NCBI GenBank assembly: GCA_023336815.1
Contig: JAMBLJ010000218.1
Coordinates: 1-63,482, forward strand
DNA from: Actinomycetes bacterium
GTDB taxonomy: Bacteria; Actinomycetota; Acidimicrobiia; Spongiisociales; UBA5794
Direction of reading: 5' to 3'
Length of the DNA: 63,482 bases
Both the position numbers and the translations under genes were made by a program. The notes under the pieces are model-generated. The model did not search any database. It was given only the letters and a program-made list of their open reading frames with translations, and was not told the origin of the DNA. This document shows positions 1 through 9,073 of this stretch, piece by piece (position 1 is the stretch's first letter; each line of letters starts with the position of its first letter).

Positions 1-1
1 G

Positions 2-78
2 TGGTCGGGCTGGCCGGATTTGAACCGGCGACCCCTGGTCCCCCAGACCAGTGCGCTGCCAGACTGCGCCACAGCCCG
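2..78 (-). tRNA. tRNA-Pro (anticodon GGG)
   Basis: Reverse complement CGGGCTGTGGCGCAGTCTGGCAGCGCACTGGTCTGGGGGACCAGGGGTCGCCGGTTCAAATCCGGCCAGCCCGACCA folds as a cloverleaf: anticodon stem CTGGT/ACCAG, loop CTGGGGG, T-loop GTTCAAATC, encoded CCA. TACCCT -10-like hexamer just upstream. Confidence 0.97.
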
Positions 79-196
79 ATGCCGGGAGGGTACCGCCTGA
101 CAGACCCCTACGACCGTCAGCACTGGTGTTTTCGCGTACCCAGGGTTCCATTGTGCCAAAAGGCCCAATATGGCCCACAGAACGGGTGGGACCGGG

Positions 197-364
197 TCAG
201 TTGAACAGTTCTATACCGAGTTGGATGAAACGGAATATCAGGTAGATACCACCTGCAACCACGAGCAGAATGAATGACCAGGGCCAACCGGGATCCTCCA
301 TCTCGCCGGAATCGTCGACGCCAGTTGATTCGTGCGTTTCATCGGCGTGGTCGCGGTTGGTCAT
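197..364 (-). CDS. 55-aa small membrane protein (acidic N-terminus, one C-terminal TM helix); not in ORF track
   Basis: MTNRDHADETHESTGVDDSGEMEDPGWPWSFILLVVAGGIYLIFRFIQLGIELFN*. Its ATG overlaps the carboxylase stop (ATGA). Confidence 0.75.
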   Translation of the reverse strand: MTNRDHADETHESTGVDDSGEMEDPGWPWSFILLVVAGGIYLIFRFIQLGIELFN

Positions 365-1881
365 ACGGGTGGGACTCCGTGTCTGCGTTCAGAGAACCGG
401 CGATCCTTGTTTGCAGCCATGGCGTATCGACGGATCAGCTCTTCCCTGAGGTCCTCAGGCTCGATGATGGCATCGATCACACCTTCGGCAGCAAGACGGA
501 GAAGGTCGACGTCCTCCTCGTACTCGCGGCGCATCTCATCCACGAACGATGATCGTTCCGGTTCCTCCATCGCCTCGATCCTGTTGAAGTACACAGCGTT
601 GACCGCAGCCTCCGGGCCCATTACGGCGATCTCGGCTGTGGGAAGGGCGATCGTGGCCTCAGGACGCAGCCCTGGTCCAGAGAACGCATAGAGACCGGCA
701 CCGTAGGCCTTACGTACGATGACGGAGATCCTCGGCACTGTCGCTTCAGCCATGGCCGTGAGCATCTTGGCACCGTGTCTGATGATGCCCTGTGCTTCTA
801 CCTCGGTACCGATCATGAAGCCAGGTACATCTGCGAGAAAAAGCAGTGGGATGTTGAATGCATCACACAGCCACATGAATCGGGCTGCCTTGTCGGCGGA
901 GTCGACGAAGAGCACTCCACCAAGATGTGCGGGTTGGGACGCAACGATACCGATCGACCTGCCGTCGAGTCTGGCGAACCCTGTGATCAACTCCTTTGCG
1001 AACAGGTCCTTGATCGGGAAGAACGAACCATCATCGATGAGCGCATCGATGAACGTGTGCATGTCGTATACACCCTTCGGATCCTCCGGAAGCACATCTT
1101 GGATCGCAACATCCGAGTTCGGCAGCTCCGAGCGATACTCGTTCGGCCGTACCCTGTAGTGGTCGGAAACATACGAGAAGTAGTCCTTCGCCCAGGAAAT
1201 CGCCTCCTCATCGGACTGCACAAGGGCGTCACCACAGCCGGACACCTCGCAATGCACCCTGGCACCTCCCATCTCCTCAAGTGTGGTGACCTCACCGATC
1301 ACCATCTGTGCCATACGAGGAGAACCCAGATACATGGAAGCCCGTCCCTCGACCATCACGACGACATCGCAGAAGGAAGGGATATACGCTCCCCCCGCAG
1401 CGGAAGGTCCGAAGAGACAACAGATCTGCGGCACCCGGCCGGAGAGCCGAATCTGGTTGTAGAAGATCTTGCCTGCCCCGCGACGCCCAGGGAACAGCTC
1501 TACTTGATCGGTGATGCGTGCTCCGGCTGAGTCAACGAGATAGAACACGGGCAGCAGCTCGTCGTAGGCGGCTTCGAGGGCCCTGATCATCTTCTCGACC
1601 GTGATCTTGCCCCAGGACCCGGCCTTGACCGTTGGGTCGTTGGCGATGACCATCACAGGTCGGCCATCGATCCTGGCCCTCCCGGTGACGACACCATCGG
1701 CAGCGAGGACGTCGTCGTTGTTGCGGGCGAGGAGTCCATCCTCCACGAATGAACCGGCATCAACGAGCAGCGAGATACGGTCTCTGACGAACAACTTGCC
1801 GAGTTGTTCGAGCTTCTCGTGATAACGCTTGGGTCCTCCACCGAGCGCATGTCTCGTTGCCTTCTGAACCCGCTCGTCCAT
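361..1881 (-). CDS. Acyl-CoA carboxylase carboxyltransferase (beta) subunit, methylcrotonyl/propionyl-CoA carboxylase-like
   Basis: Motifs LVDSAGARI, GPSAAGGAY, FLADVPGFMIG, IIRHGAKM, RKAYGAGLY. TGATG overlap with der. Confidence 0.9.
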   Translation of the reverse strand: MDERVQKATRHALGGGPKRYHEKLEQLGKLFVRDRISLLVDAGSFVEDGLLARNNDDVLAADGVVTGRARIDGRPVMVIANDPTVKAGSWGKITVEKMIRALEAAYDELLPVFYLVDSAGARITDQVELFPGRRGAGKIFYNQIRLSGRVPQICCLFGPSAAGGAYIPSFCDVVVMVEGRASMYLGSPRMAQMVIGEVTTLEEMGGARVHCEVSGCGDALVQSDEEAISWAKDYFSYVSDHYRVRPNEYRSELPNSDVAIQDVLPEDPKGVYDMHTFIDALIDDGSFFPIKDLFAKELITGFARLDGRSIGIVASQPAHLGGVLFVDSADKAARFMWLCDAFNIPLLFLADVPGFMIGTEVEAQGIIRHGAKMLTAMAEATVPRISVIVRKAYGAGLYAFSGPGLRPEATIALPTAEIAVMGPEAAVNAVYFNRIEAMEEPERSSFVDEMRREYEEDVDLLRLAAEGVIDAIIEPEDLREELIRRYAMAANKDRRFSERRHGVPPV

Positions 1882-3188
1882 CAGTGTCTGTTCCTCGTTC
1901 GAATTCTGATCGGGGTACCCGTGAAGTCGAATCGCTCCCGGATCCGGTTCTCTATGAAGCGAATGTAGTCGGTGCCGAGTTCTCCGCCGCGCACGAACAG
2001 TACGAAGGTCGGTGGTTCGGTCTCAGCCTGCACGGCGTACAGGATCTTGGCCCTGCGTCCCTTACGAACCGGCGGGGGGTGCGCTTCCTGAAGATCTCGG
2101 ACGAGTCGGTTTACCTCGGGAGCCGGGACGTGTTTGCGACGATGATCGATGACCGTCTTGATGTATTTCGGGAGTCGGTGTGTTCTCGCTCCGGTCAACG
2201 CCGATATCCGCAGCACGGGTGCCCAGTCAACGAACGCCAGCCGGTCGGCCACGGAGTCTTCTGTGTGAAGTCGTTGCTCATCGGAGAGTTCGTCCCACTT
2301 GTTGAGGATCAGGAGAAGACCGGCACCAGCGTGTTCGATCTCCTCGGCAAGTCGCTGCTCCTGATGGGTTGCACCCCTTTGACCATCGATGACGAACAGC
2401 ACGACATCGGCATTGCGCACCGTATCGTGGGCACGAAGGACCGCGTAGTAGTCGACATCGTCCTTGATCTTTGTCCGACGCTTGATGCCTGCCGTGTCGA
2501 TGACCTCGAAGTACTCGCCATCGATGGTCACGATCTCGTTGATCGGGTCACGGGTGGTGCCTGGAACGTCCGAGACGAGAACCCGTTCCTCGCCGGCAAG
2601 GCGGTTGAGCAGCGTCGACTTGCCAACGTTGGGACGCCCGACGATCGCAAGACTCGCAATGGTGTCTACATTTTCACCCTCGAACTCCGCTGGAAGCGCA
2701 GCCACCAACTGGTCGAGAAAATCTCCCGTGTTACGTCCGTGGAGCGCTGAGATCGGGATCGGGTTCCCAAGTCCGAGGCTCCAGAGATGTGTGAGATCGG
2801 ACTCAACAGCTGGAGAATCCGACTTGTTCGCGACCAGGAGGTGCGGTACTCCGCTGTGCTGCAGGATGCGAGCGACACCGACATCGTCATCGGTGACCTC
2901 AGTGGTGGCGTCGGCCACGAACACGACGAGATCGGCGGCCTTCACAGCGATCTCGGCCTGCTCCCTGATGTCAGCAACGAGTTTTTCCTCGGGTCGTGCC
3001 TCCCAGCCGCCCGTATCCATCACATGGAAACTTGTTCCTGCCCACTCCGCATCGAACTGGCGACGATCGCGAGTTACACCTGCCTCGGGGTTCGTCACAG
3101 CAGCTTTCGAACGTACGATCCGGTTGACGAGTGTGGACTTACCCACGTTCGGTCTACCGAGGATCACAACGATCGGGAGGCGGCTCAT
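1881..3188 (-). CDS. der: Ribosome biogenesis GTPase Der (EngA)
   Basis: Two tandem G-domains (GRPNVGKSTL twice; DTGG/DTAG; NKSD/NKWD) and a C-terminal KH-like domain. Confidence 0.97.
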   Translation of the reverse strand: MSRLPIVVILGRPNVGKSTLVNRIVRSKAAVTNPEAGVTRDRRQFDAEWAGTSFHVMDTGGWEARPEEKLVADIREQAEIAVKAADLVVFVADATTEVTDDDVGVARILQHSGVPHLLVANKSDSPAVESDLTHLWSLGLGNPIPISALHGRNTGDFLDQLVAALPAEFEGENVDTIASLAIVGRPNVGKSTLLNRLAGEERVLVSDVPGTTRDPINEIVTIDGEYFEVIDTAGIKRRTKIKDDVDYYAVLRAHDTVRNADVVLFVIDGQRGATHQEQRLAEEIEHAGAGLLLILNKWDELSDEQRLHTEDSVADRLAFVDWAPVLRISALTGARTHRLPKYIKTVIDHRRKHVPAPEVNRLVRDLQEAHPPPVRKGRRAKILYAVQAETEPPTFVLFVRGGELGTDYIRFIENRIRERFDFTGTPIRIRTRNRH

Positions 3189-4564
3189 CTCATCGCTCCA
3201 AGCAGACCCGCAGCAGTTGCTGGTGCAACTACGACCGGTGCGTTGGCTGCTTGCTGTACTGCTGAAAGGGATACATCGTCGATGAACATGTCCCCAGACA
3301 ACGCAACATCCGGGATCACATATGCACCGGCCGGTTGTCTATCGGCCGCGATGGTCGCAATGATGTCCTCACCGACCATCAATCCTGCAACGGCGGTGTT
3401 GCCACCGAAGAACGAGTTCGGGACCTCGAGAAGGCGTATCGAACGTTCGGCGAGATGCTCCAATCGACTCCTGACCGGTTCGATCACCGCGGCACCGTAG
3501 GAACCTGTCACTATCACCATCGCACCCTCATTGGCGTCGGGGTCTGTTTGTTCGTGTCGCACTGCACGGTAGCCCTCAGCGGGGGCAGCCGGCATCGACC
3601 GCCACTCCCCTGTCACGATCGGGGCTGTCGAAGCAGTCCCATTTTCGAGCCTGTCGAGCTCGTCGTAGAACGCTCTGACCATGCCGATCCCGTTCTCGTG
3701 TTGAGCGAATGCCTCGTAGTGGTGAGCGGGGGGCACATCCATACCCGCCTGGACGTACAGCTCATCAGATGCCTGGAAGATACGTCGCCCGAGTGCATCC
3801 AACGCACGCTCCTGCCAGAAATGGATGATCTCCAGATCGTCTGCGGCCTCGGACGGGGTGTGGACCCGGAGATTTGGCTCGGTGTTGTACTTCGATAGAC
3901 CGAGGGGGACGATCCCGAGAGTTGCGAGATTAGGGAATCGGATGATCGTCTCAGCGAGGGTCCGCTCGAGGACAGCACCGTTGTTGATGTCAGGACACAA
4001 GACGACCTGGCCGTGAACCGTGATGTTGTTGTCGAGCAACGCTTCAAGCCAACGAAGCGATGTGGCGCCCCGTCGGTTGCGAAGCATGTCTGACCGGATA
4101 TCGGGGTCGGTCGCGTGAATCGAGACGTAGAGAGGCCCGAGCTTCTCCTCAACAACCCGCGACAGGTCGAGTTCCGTGAATCGGGTGAGTGTTGTGAAGT
4201 TGCCGTAGAGGAACGACAAGCGGTAGTCATCGTCCTTGAGATACAGCGACTTGCGGAGCCCTGGTGGGAGCTGATAGATGAAGCAGAACTCGCAGTGATT
4301 GTCGCATGTCTGCACCCTGTCGAAGATGGAGGAACCCAACCTCAGCCCGATAGGCGCTCCTTCTGCCTTCTCGACGATGGCATCGAATCGGACGCCGTCA
4401 CGCTCCAGCCAGAACGAGGGATCGACGTCGTCAACCAGCTGTTGGTATTCGATGACATCGGTTGGGATGACACCGTTCACCGCAACGAGCTCGTCGCCGG
4501 CGCGGATGCCAGCTGCTGCTGCAGGTGTTCCAGGAAGCACCTCGAGTACGGTTGGAAGGGTCAT
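3185..4564 (-). CDS. DUF512-family putative radical SAM protein with N-terminal PDZ-like domain
   Basis: CDNHCEFC (CxxxCxxC), LRKSLYLKDDDYRLSFLYGNFTTLT, ENGIGMVR. ATG at 4564 preferred over the track start. Confidence 0.85.
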   Translation of the reverse strand: MTLPTVLEVLPGTPAAAAGIRAGDELVAVNGVIPTDVIEYQQLVDDVDPSFWLERDGVRFDAIVEKAEGAPIGLRLGSSIFDRVQTCDNHCEFCFIYQLPPGLRKSLYLKDDDYRLSFLYGNFTTLTRFTELDLSRVVEEKLGPLYVSIHATDPDIRSDMLRNRRGATSLRWLEALLDNNITVHGQVVLCPDINNGAVLERTLAETIIRFPNLATLGIVPLGLSKYNTEPNLRVHTPSEAADDLEIIHFWQERALDALGRRIFQASDELYVQAGMDVPPAHHYEAFAQHENGIGMVRAFYDELDRLENGTASTAPIVTGEWRSMPAAPAEGYRAVRHEQTDPDANEGAMVIVTGSYGAAVIEPVRSRLEHLAERSIRLLEVPNSFFGGNTAVAGLMVGEDIIATIAADRQPAGAYVIPDVALSGDMFIDDVSLSAVQQAANAPVVVAPATAAGLLGAMR

Positions 4565-4625
4565 GAGGTCGCAAGGGTAACGCTTGCAACTTCTCAGAAG
4601 CAGCACACGACCCTAACCTTGCCCC

Positions 4626-5672
4626 ATGGTCACCAAGGTACTTCTCGCTGAACCACGAGGATTCTGCGCTGGCGTGGAAATGGCGATCAAGGCACTCACG
4701 TGGATGGTGCAGGTTTTCGATGCTCCGGTGTACTGCTACCACGAGATCGTGCACAACGCTGCTGTCGTTCGGGCGTTCGAGGACGCCGGCGTTGTATTCG
4801 TTGATGACATCAACGATGTGCCGGAGGGCCGCCCGGTGATGCTCTCGGCACATGGATCCGCTCCGGATGTGGTCGATGCGGCATCGCGAAGGGCTGCTGT
4901 CATGATTGATGCGGTCTGCCCCCTTGTTACGAAGGTCCATCATGAGGTCCGTCGCATGGCAGACAAGGGATACAACATCATCTATGTGGGTCACGAAGGT
5001 CACGACGAGGCTGTTGGCGCCATCGCCGAGGCCCCGACCGCTGCACAGCTCGTCGACCCCCGTGTCGGACTGCACGACTTCGACCCGAAAGATCCCGAAC
5101 GTGTTGCGCTTCTCGCACAGACCACCCTCGGCCTGTACGAGTGGGAGGGTGTACTCGACGATGCGCTCGAGAGATATCCCGATCTGTGGACCGCTCGGCG
5201 AAGCGACCTGTGTTACGCCACGACGAACCGTCAGTCGGCGATCCAGCGTCTCGCATCGATGTCAGACGTTCTCCTCGTCGTCGGGTCGGAAAATTCGTCC
5301 AATACACAGGCCCTCGTAAGGGTCGGACGGAATGCCGGTCTCCCCACATATCGGGTAGACGGCCCGGCTGCCGTGAATCCCGCCTGGCTCGCGGACGCCG
5401 AGGTCGTCGGTGTCACGGCTGGTGCTTCCGCCCCAGACCAGAGGGTGCAAAGCGTGATTGAGGCTGTCGGGCCAGCCGACGGTGTGGAGATCGTTCAGGT
5501 CACGGAGGAGGACGAGTACTTTCCTTTGCCACCTCAACTCCGCAGATTCATGCAGACACTCCAAGCTCTGGTTGAGGGCGGCTTCGCCTGTCAGAAGCCG
5601 GGCGATCACGGTCCAATCGAGAGAGACAGAGAGTTCACGGCAACAGAAGCGCTGTCGCTGCTCGGTGTCTAG
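4626..5672 (+). CDS. ispH: 4-hydroxy-3-methylbut-2-enyl diphosphate reductase, with C-terminal extension
   Basis: PRGFCAGV, HEIVHN, SAHG, DAVCPLVTKVH, LCYATTNRQ, SSN, GVTAGASAP. Confidence 0.96.
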   Translation: MVTKVLLAEPRGFCAGVEMAIKALTWMVQVFDAPVYCYHEIVHNAAVVRAFEDAGVVFVDDINDVPEGRPVMLSAHGSAPDVVDAASRRAAVMIDAVCPLVTKVHHEVRRMADKGYNIIYVGHEGHDEAVGAIAEAPTAAQLVDPRVGLHDFDPKDPERVALLAQTTLGLYEWEGVLDDALERYPDLWTARRSDLCYATTNRQSAIQRLASMSDVLLVVGSENSSNTQALVRVGRNAGLPTYRVDGPAAVNPAWLADAEVVGVTAGASAPDQRVQSVIEAVGPADGVEIVQVTEEDEYFPLPPQLRRFMQTLQALVEGGFACQKPGDHGPIERDREFTATEALSLLGV

Positions 5673-5866
5673 CATCGGTGCCATTGTTGCCGAGGGTGCT
5701 GTTCCGGCGACGCTCTGCGCAGCAGCAAAGGCTCGTCCAGTAGTCACGCTGGCGGTGCATGTCTTGTCTTCTCGGCATGCTGGCCGTTCATCAACGGTGC
5801 AAGCCAGGAGATCACCGGATCCTCACGTTACCTCGCATCGGGATCCTGTACCTGCAGCGATACCTG

Positions 5867-6526
5867 CTACGTGTGGTCGTCTTCAGATGTGGCGACGAGA
5901 TCCAAGACGCGGTCGACGACGCCGCTGATATCGATATCGCTCGTGTCGATCACCGTCGCATCGTCGGCCGGTCGCAGCGGTGAAGCGGCCCGGGACGAAT
6001 CTGCATCGTCCCGAGCGGCGAGCGCTGACGCGATCTCGCCTATCGAGGTGCCTGTCGATTCGAAGTCCCCTGCTCGGCGGGCGGCTCGCACTTCGGGCCT
6101 TGCCGTCAGGAATATCTTCACGTCAGCAAGAGGGAAGACGACCGTACCGATGTCGCGACCCTCGACGACCGCGCTGCCTCCGTGGTTGTGCACCCATCGA
6201 CGCTGGAGGCCCACGATGTACGCTCGCACAGGTGCGTGAGCCGACACAGCGCTTACATGTGCTGTGACCTCAGATGATCGAACGTGAGCATTGATGGGCA
6301 CGGCGTCGAGGGTGATGCCATTGGATCCGTAGTCGATCGACCGTGCTGTAACTTCCCTAAGGATCGCATCACAATCCGTCACATCGATGCCGGCAGTGAG
6401 TACGGCAACGGTCGCAGCGCGGTATGTCGCACCGGTATCGAGATAGGCCAGACCAAGTTCTCGGGCAACCGCACGCGAAACGGTGCTCTTGCCGACTCCC
6501 CCCGGCCCATCGATGGCTATGACCAC
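5867..6526 (-). CDS. cmk: Cytidylate kinase
   Basis: IAIDGPGGVGKST, YLDTGATYRA, EGRDIGTVVFP, IDTS. Confidence 0.96.
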   Translation of the reverse strand: MVIAIDGPGGVGKSTVSRAVARELGLAYLDTGATYRAATVAVLTAGIDVTDCDAILREVTARSIDYGSNGITLDAVPINAHVRSSEVTAHVSAVSAHAPVRAYIVGLQRRWVHNHGGSAVVEGRDIGTVVFPLADVKIFLTARPEVRAARRAGDFESTGTSIGEIASALAARDDADSSRAASPLRPADDATVIDTSDIDISGVVDRVLDLVATSEDDHT

Positions 6527-7791
6527 AGACCCTCCATGGTTGTATAGAAGTCTGGCCAGGATACGGAAGCGATCTCGGCATCCCTGATAACGACAGGCGC
6601 CGTTGCTTTCGTTGCGGCAACCGCAGCTGCCATCGCGATCCTGTGATCGTGTTGCGTCTCGATGACCCCACCATCCAGGAACCCGGTTCCGACAACGTCG
6701 AAGCCGTCTCTCCTGGGTTCGATCCCTCCCTTGAGCGAACGGATCATGGCGACGACAGAATCGATCCGATCAGATTCCTTGCCCCGCAATTCGGCCGCGT
6801 CCCGTACCGATGTGATCCCATCGGCATAGGCTCCGATCACTGCAACGAGCGGAAGTTCATCGAGGGCGGACGCGACGAGATCACCATCGATGGTGATGCC
6901 GCGTAGTCGACCACCTGTGACCGTGACATCTCCCACGGGGTCGCCCCCTGTTGATCCCGTGACGATCGCTTCGATCGTCGTACCCATCGACTCGAGAATC
7001 TGTAGGAATCCAAGCCGACCAGGGTTGAGCGAGATCCTGCGGGTCGTGACGGTTGCGCTAGGTTCAATGGCAGCGACCGCCCACATGAAGGCCGCAGATG
7101 ATGGATCACCTGGGACCTCATACCGCGCAGGTGGAATCGGGCCAGGAACGATACGGAACTTCGTGTCCGTTTCCCAGACTCCACGACCGATAGCTGCCAG
7201 CCAACGTTCGGTGTGATCTCGAAATCCGCCAGGCGAATCGATGGTGGATGGTCCGGTGGCAGCAAGCGCTGCGAACTCAAAGGCTGTTCGAACCTGCGCG
7301 GACGCGATGGGGATCGTGAAATCTGCAGCGATCACATTGGTCGCTCCACCAACGTCAAGAGGCGGTGTGTCGCTACTGCTTGTTGTAATGACGCCGCCGA
7401 GCGATGTGAGGGGGTCAACGAGTCTTGCCATCGGTCGATGAGACAACGATGCGTCCCCCACGAGCGTTGCATGAATGTTCGATGTCGACAGGACCCCCGA
7501 GAGGAGGCGCATGGTCGTACCAGAGTTGCCACAGTCGATCGCGCTCGTGGGTTCGTCCCAGTCGCGTATCCCTGGGGAACGAACCCGATCATCGACGATC
7601 GAGACTCCAAGAGATCGGAGAGCTGTTGCGGTCCGCTGGATATCGGCGCCAGGACCAAGCCCGGTCACGAGGCTATCTCCCTTGGCCATGGCCGCAAACA
7701 TAAGCGCACGGTGCGAGAGGGATTTATCGCCGGGTACGGCGATGTCAGCGGAGAACACGCCCCCTGGACCCGAGAGGGTGAGATCTGTCAT
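6517..7791 (-). CDS. aroA: 3-phosphoshikimate 1-carboxyvinyltransferase (EPSPS)
   Basis: PGDKSLSHRA, CGNSGTTMRL, RPMARL, SAQV, RDHTER, PGDPSSAAF, LRGKESDRI, DHRIAMA. Confidence 0.95.
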   Translation of the reverse strand: MTDLTLSGPGGVFSADIAVPGDKSLSHRALMFAAMAKGDSLVTGLGPGADIQRTATALRSLGVSIVDDRVRSPGIRDWDEPTSAIDCGNSGTTMRLLSGVLSTSNIHATLVGDASLSHRPMARLVDPLTSLGGVITTSSSDTPPLDVGGATNVIAADFTIPIASAQVRTAFEFAALAATGPSTIDSPGGFRDHTERWLAAIGRGVWETDTKFRIVPGPIPPARYEVPGDPSSAAFMWAVAAIEPSATVTTRRISLNPGRLGFLQILESMGTTIEAIVTGSTGGDPVGDVTVTGGRLRGITIDGDLVASALDELPLVAVIGAYADGITSVRDAAELRGKESDRIDSVVAMIRSLKGGIEPRRDGFDVVGTGFLDGGVIETQHDHRIAMAAAVAATKATAPVVIRDAEIASVSWPDFYTTMEGLWS

Positions 7792-8513
7792 CTGTCAGTC
7801 TCCTTGGCTGCGAGACGGTAGAGCGAACGGATCTCGTCCATCGTCAGCTCTCGAAAGGAGCCGGGGTCGAGGGTACGGTCGACGACTTCGCCGATCGCCG
7901 TTCGCACGAGACGTTCGATGGGAAGGTCGAAACTCTCGAAGAGTCTTCGAATCTCGCGTTTTCTTCCCTCGGTGAGCACGAGCTCGATGATGGTTCGCCC
8001 ACGCGAAGTGTCGAGCACTCTGGCTGACTTCGCCGCGGCCATGCCATCGTCGAGCATCACACCTGAAACCATCTTGTGAAGGATCGAAGGTGCAACGGAG
8101 GCAGGAACCAGGACCTGATAGGTCTTCGGCACCCTATATCGCGGGTGAGTGACGCGCAGTGCAAGATCTCCGTCATTCGTCATGAGCATGAGACCCTCAG
8201 AATGGAGATCGAGACGCCCGACCGGGTTCGTGACTGGCTCGGCAGGTACGATCGTCCGGACGGTCGGTCGGCCCTGAGGGTCGTCCATTGTCGTGATGAC
8301 CCCGGGTGGTTTGTAGAGCAACCAGGTCACGAGCTCGGTATCGAGGGGCAATCGGATACCGTCGATCGCGAGGTCGGTGGTTGCGGGATCGAGGCGATCG
8401 CCGACGTGGACAGCTACTCCGTCGACCGTGACGCGACCTTGTGCGATGAGCACATCGGCCTTTCTCCTGGACGCGTAGCCCGTACGGGCTATGAGCTTGT
8501 TGATCCGCTCGAT
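7788..8513 (-). CDS. rluB: rRNA pseudouridine synthase, RluB/RsuA family (S4 + catalytic domain); probable non-canonical ATC start
   Basis: YKPPGVITT, PVGRLDLHSEGLMLMTNDG, LTEGRKREIRR. The S4 N-terminus ERINKLIARTGYASRRKAD lies upstream of the track's GTG (8453), with no in-frame ATG/GTG/TTG. Confidence 0.88.
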   Translation of the reverse strand: MERINKLIARTGYASRRKADVLIAQGRVTVDGVAVHVGDRLDPATTDLAIDGIRLPLDTELVTWLLYKPPGVITTMDDPQGRPTVRTIVPAEPVTNPVGRLDLHSEGLMLMTNDGDLALRVTHPRYRVPKTYQVLVPASVAPSILHKMVSGVMLDDGMAAAKSARVLDTSRGRTIIELVLTEGRKREIRRLFESFDLPIERLVRTAIGEVVDRTLDPGSFRELTMDEIRSLYRLAAKETDR

Positions 8514-9073
8514 GATGACTCCGGGCGCATGGGCATTTCGAGGGTCTCCATGATCTCGGCTGGAGGAACATGGTCTGCAAGTGGGGGGAGGTCGGCTACC
8601 GAAGCGATGCCCATCTTCTCGAGGAACAGGGGCGTAGTTCCGTACAACACGGCCTGTCCCGGACCCGGCGCTCTGCCGATCTCCTTGACGAGTTCTCTGC
8701 GCTCGAGGGTGCGCACCGCATGATCAGAGTCGACGCCGCGTATCTCAGCGATCTGTCCCCTTGATACGGGTTGGCGATAGGCGACCACCGAAAGGGCTTC
8801 GAGCGCTGCGTTGGACAGTCGCTTCACCCTGTCGGTCGAGGCGTACCGTTCGAGATACGGTAAGGCGTCTTCGTGTGTGTAGAGCCGCCATCCGCCAGCG
8901 ACCTCTTTGAGTACGATCCCGTGACCCCGCGAAAGTGAGTCTCTGAGGTCGTCGATGGCGGTATCGATGGCAGACGTGGGGAGTTCGAGAACCTGTGCGA
9001 GTTCAGCGGTGCTGACGGGTTCTTCGGCAACGAAGAGGATCGCCTCAAGGAGCTGTGCTGTGCTGTCCATCAT
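8489..9073 (-). CDS. scpB: Segregation and condensation protein B
   Basis: LEAILFV, VAGGWRLYT, ALEALSVVAYRQPVSRGQIAEIRGV, LYGTTPLFLE. Confidence 0.95.
   Translation of the reverse strand: MMDSTAQLLEAILFVAEEPVSTAELAQVLELPTSAIDTAIDDLRDSLSRGHGIVLKEVAGGWRLYTHEDALPYLERYASTDRVKRLSNAALEALSVVAYRQPVSRGQIAEIRGVDSDHAVRTLERRELVKEIGRAPGPGQAVLYGTTPLFLEKMGIASVADLPPLADHVPPAEIMETLEMPMRPESSSSGSTSS

Noticed and set aside
1-78. tRNA-Pro as an integration hotspot
   Set aside because: The tRNA 3' end is at the window edge and no duplicated 3' fragment is seen in the window; cannot be assessed.
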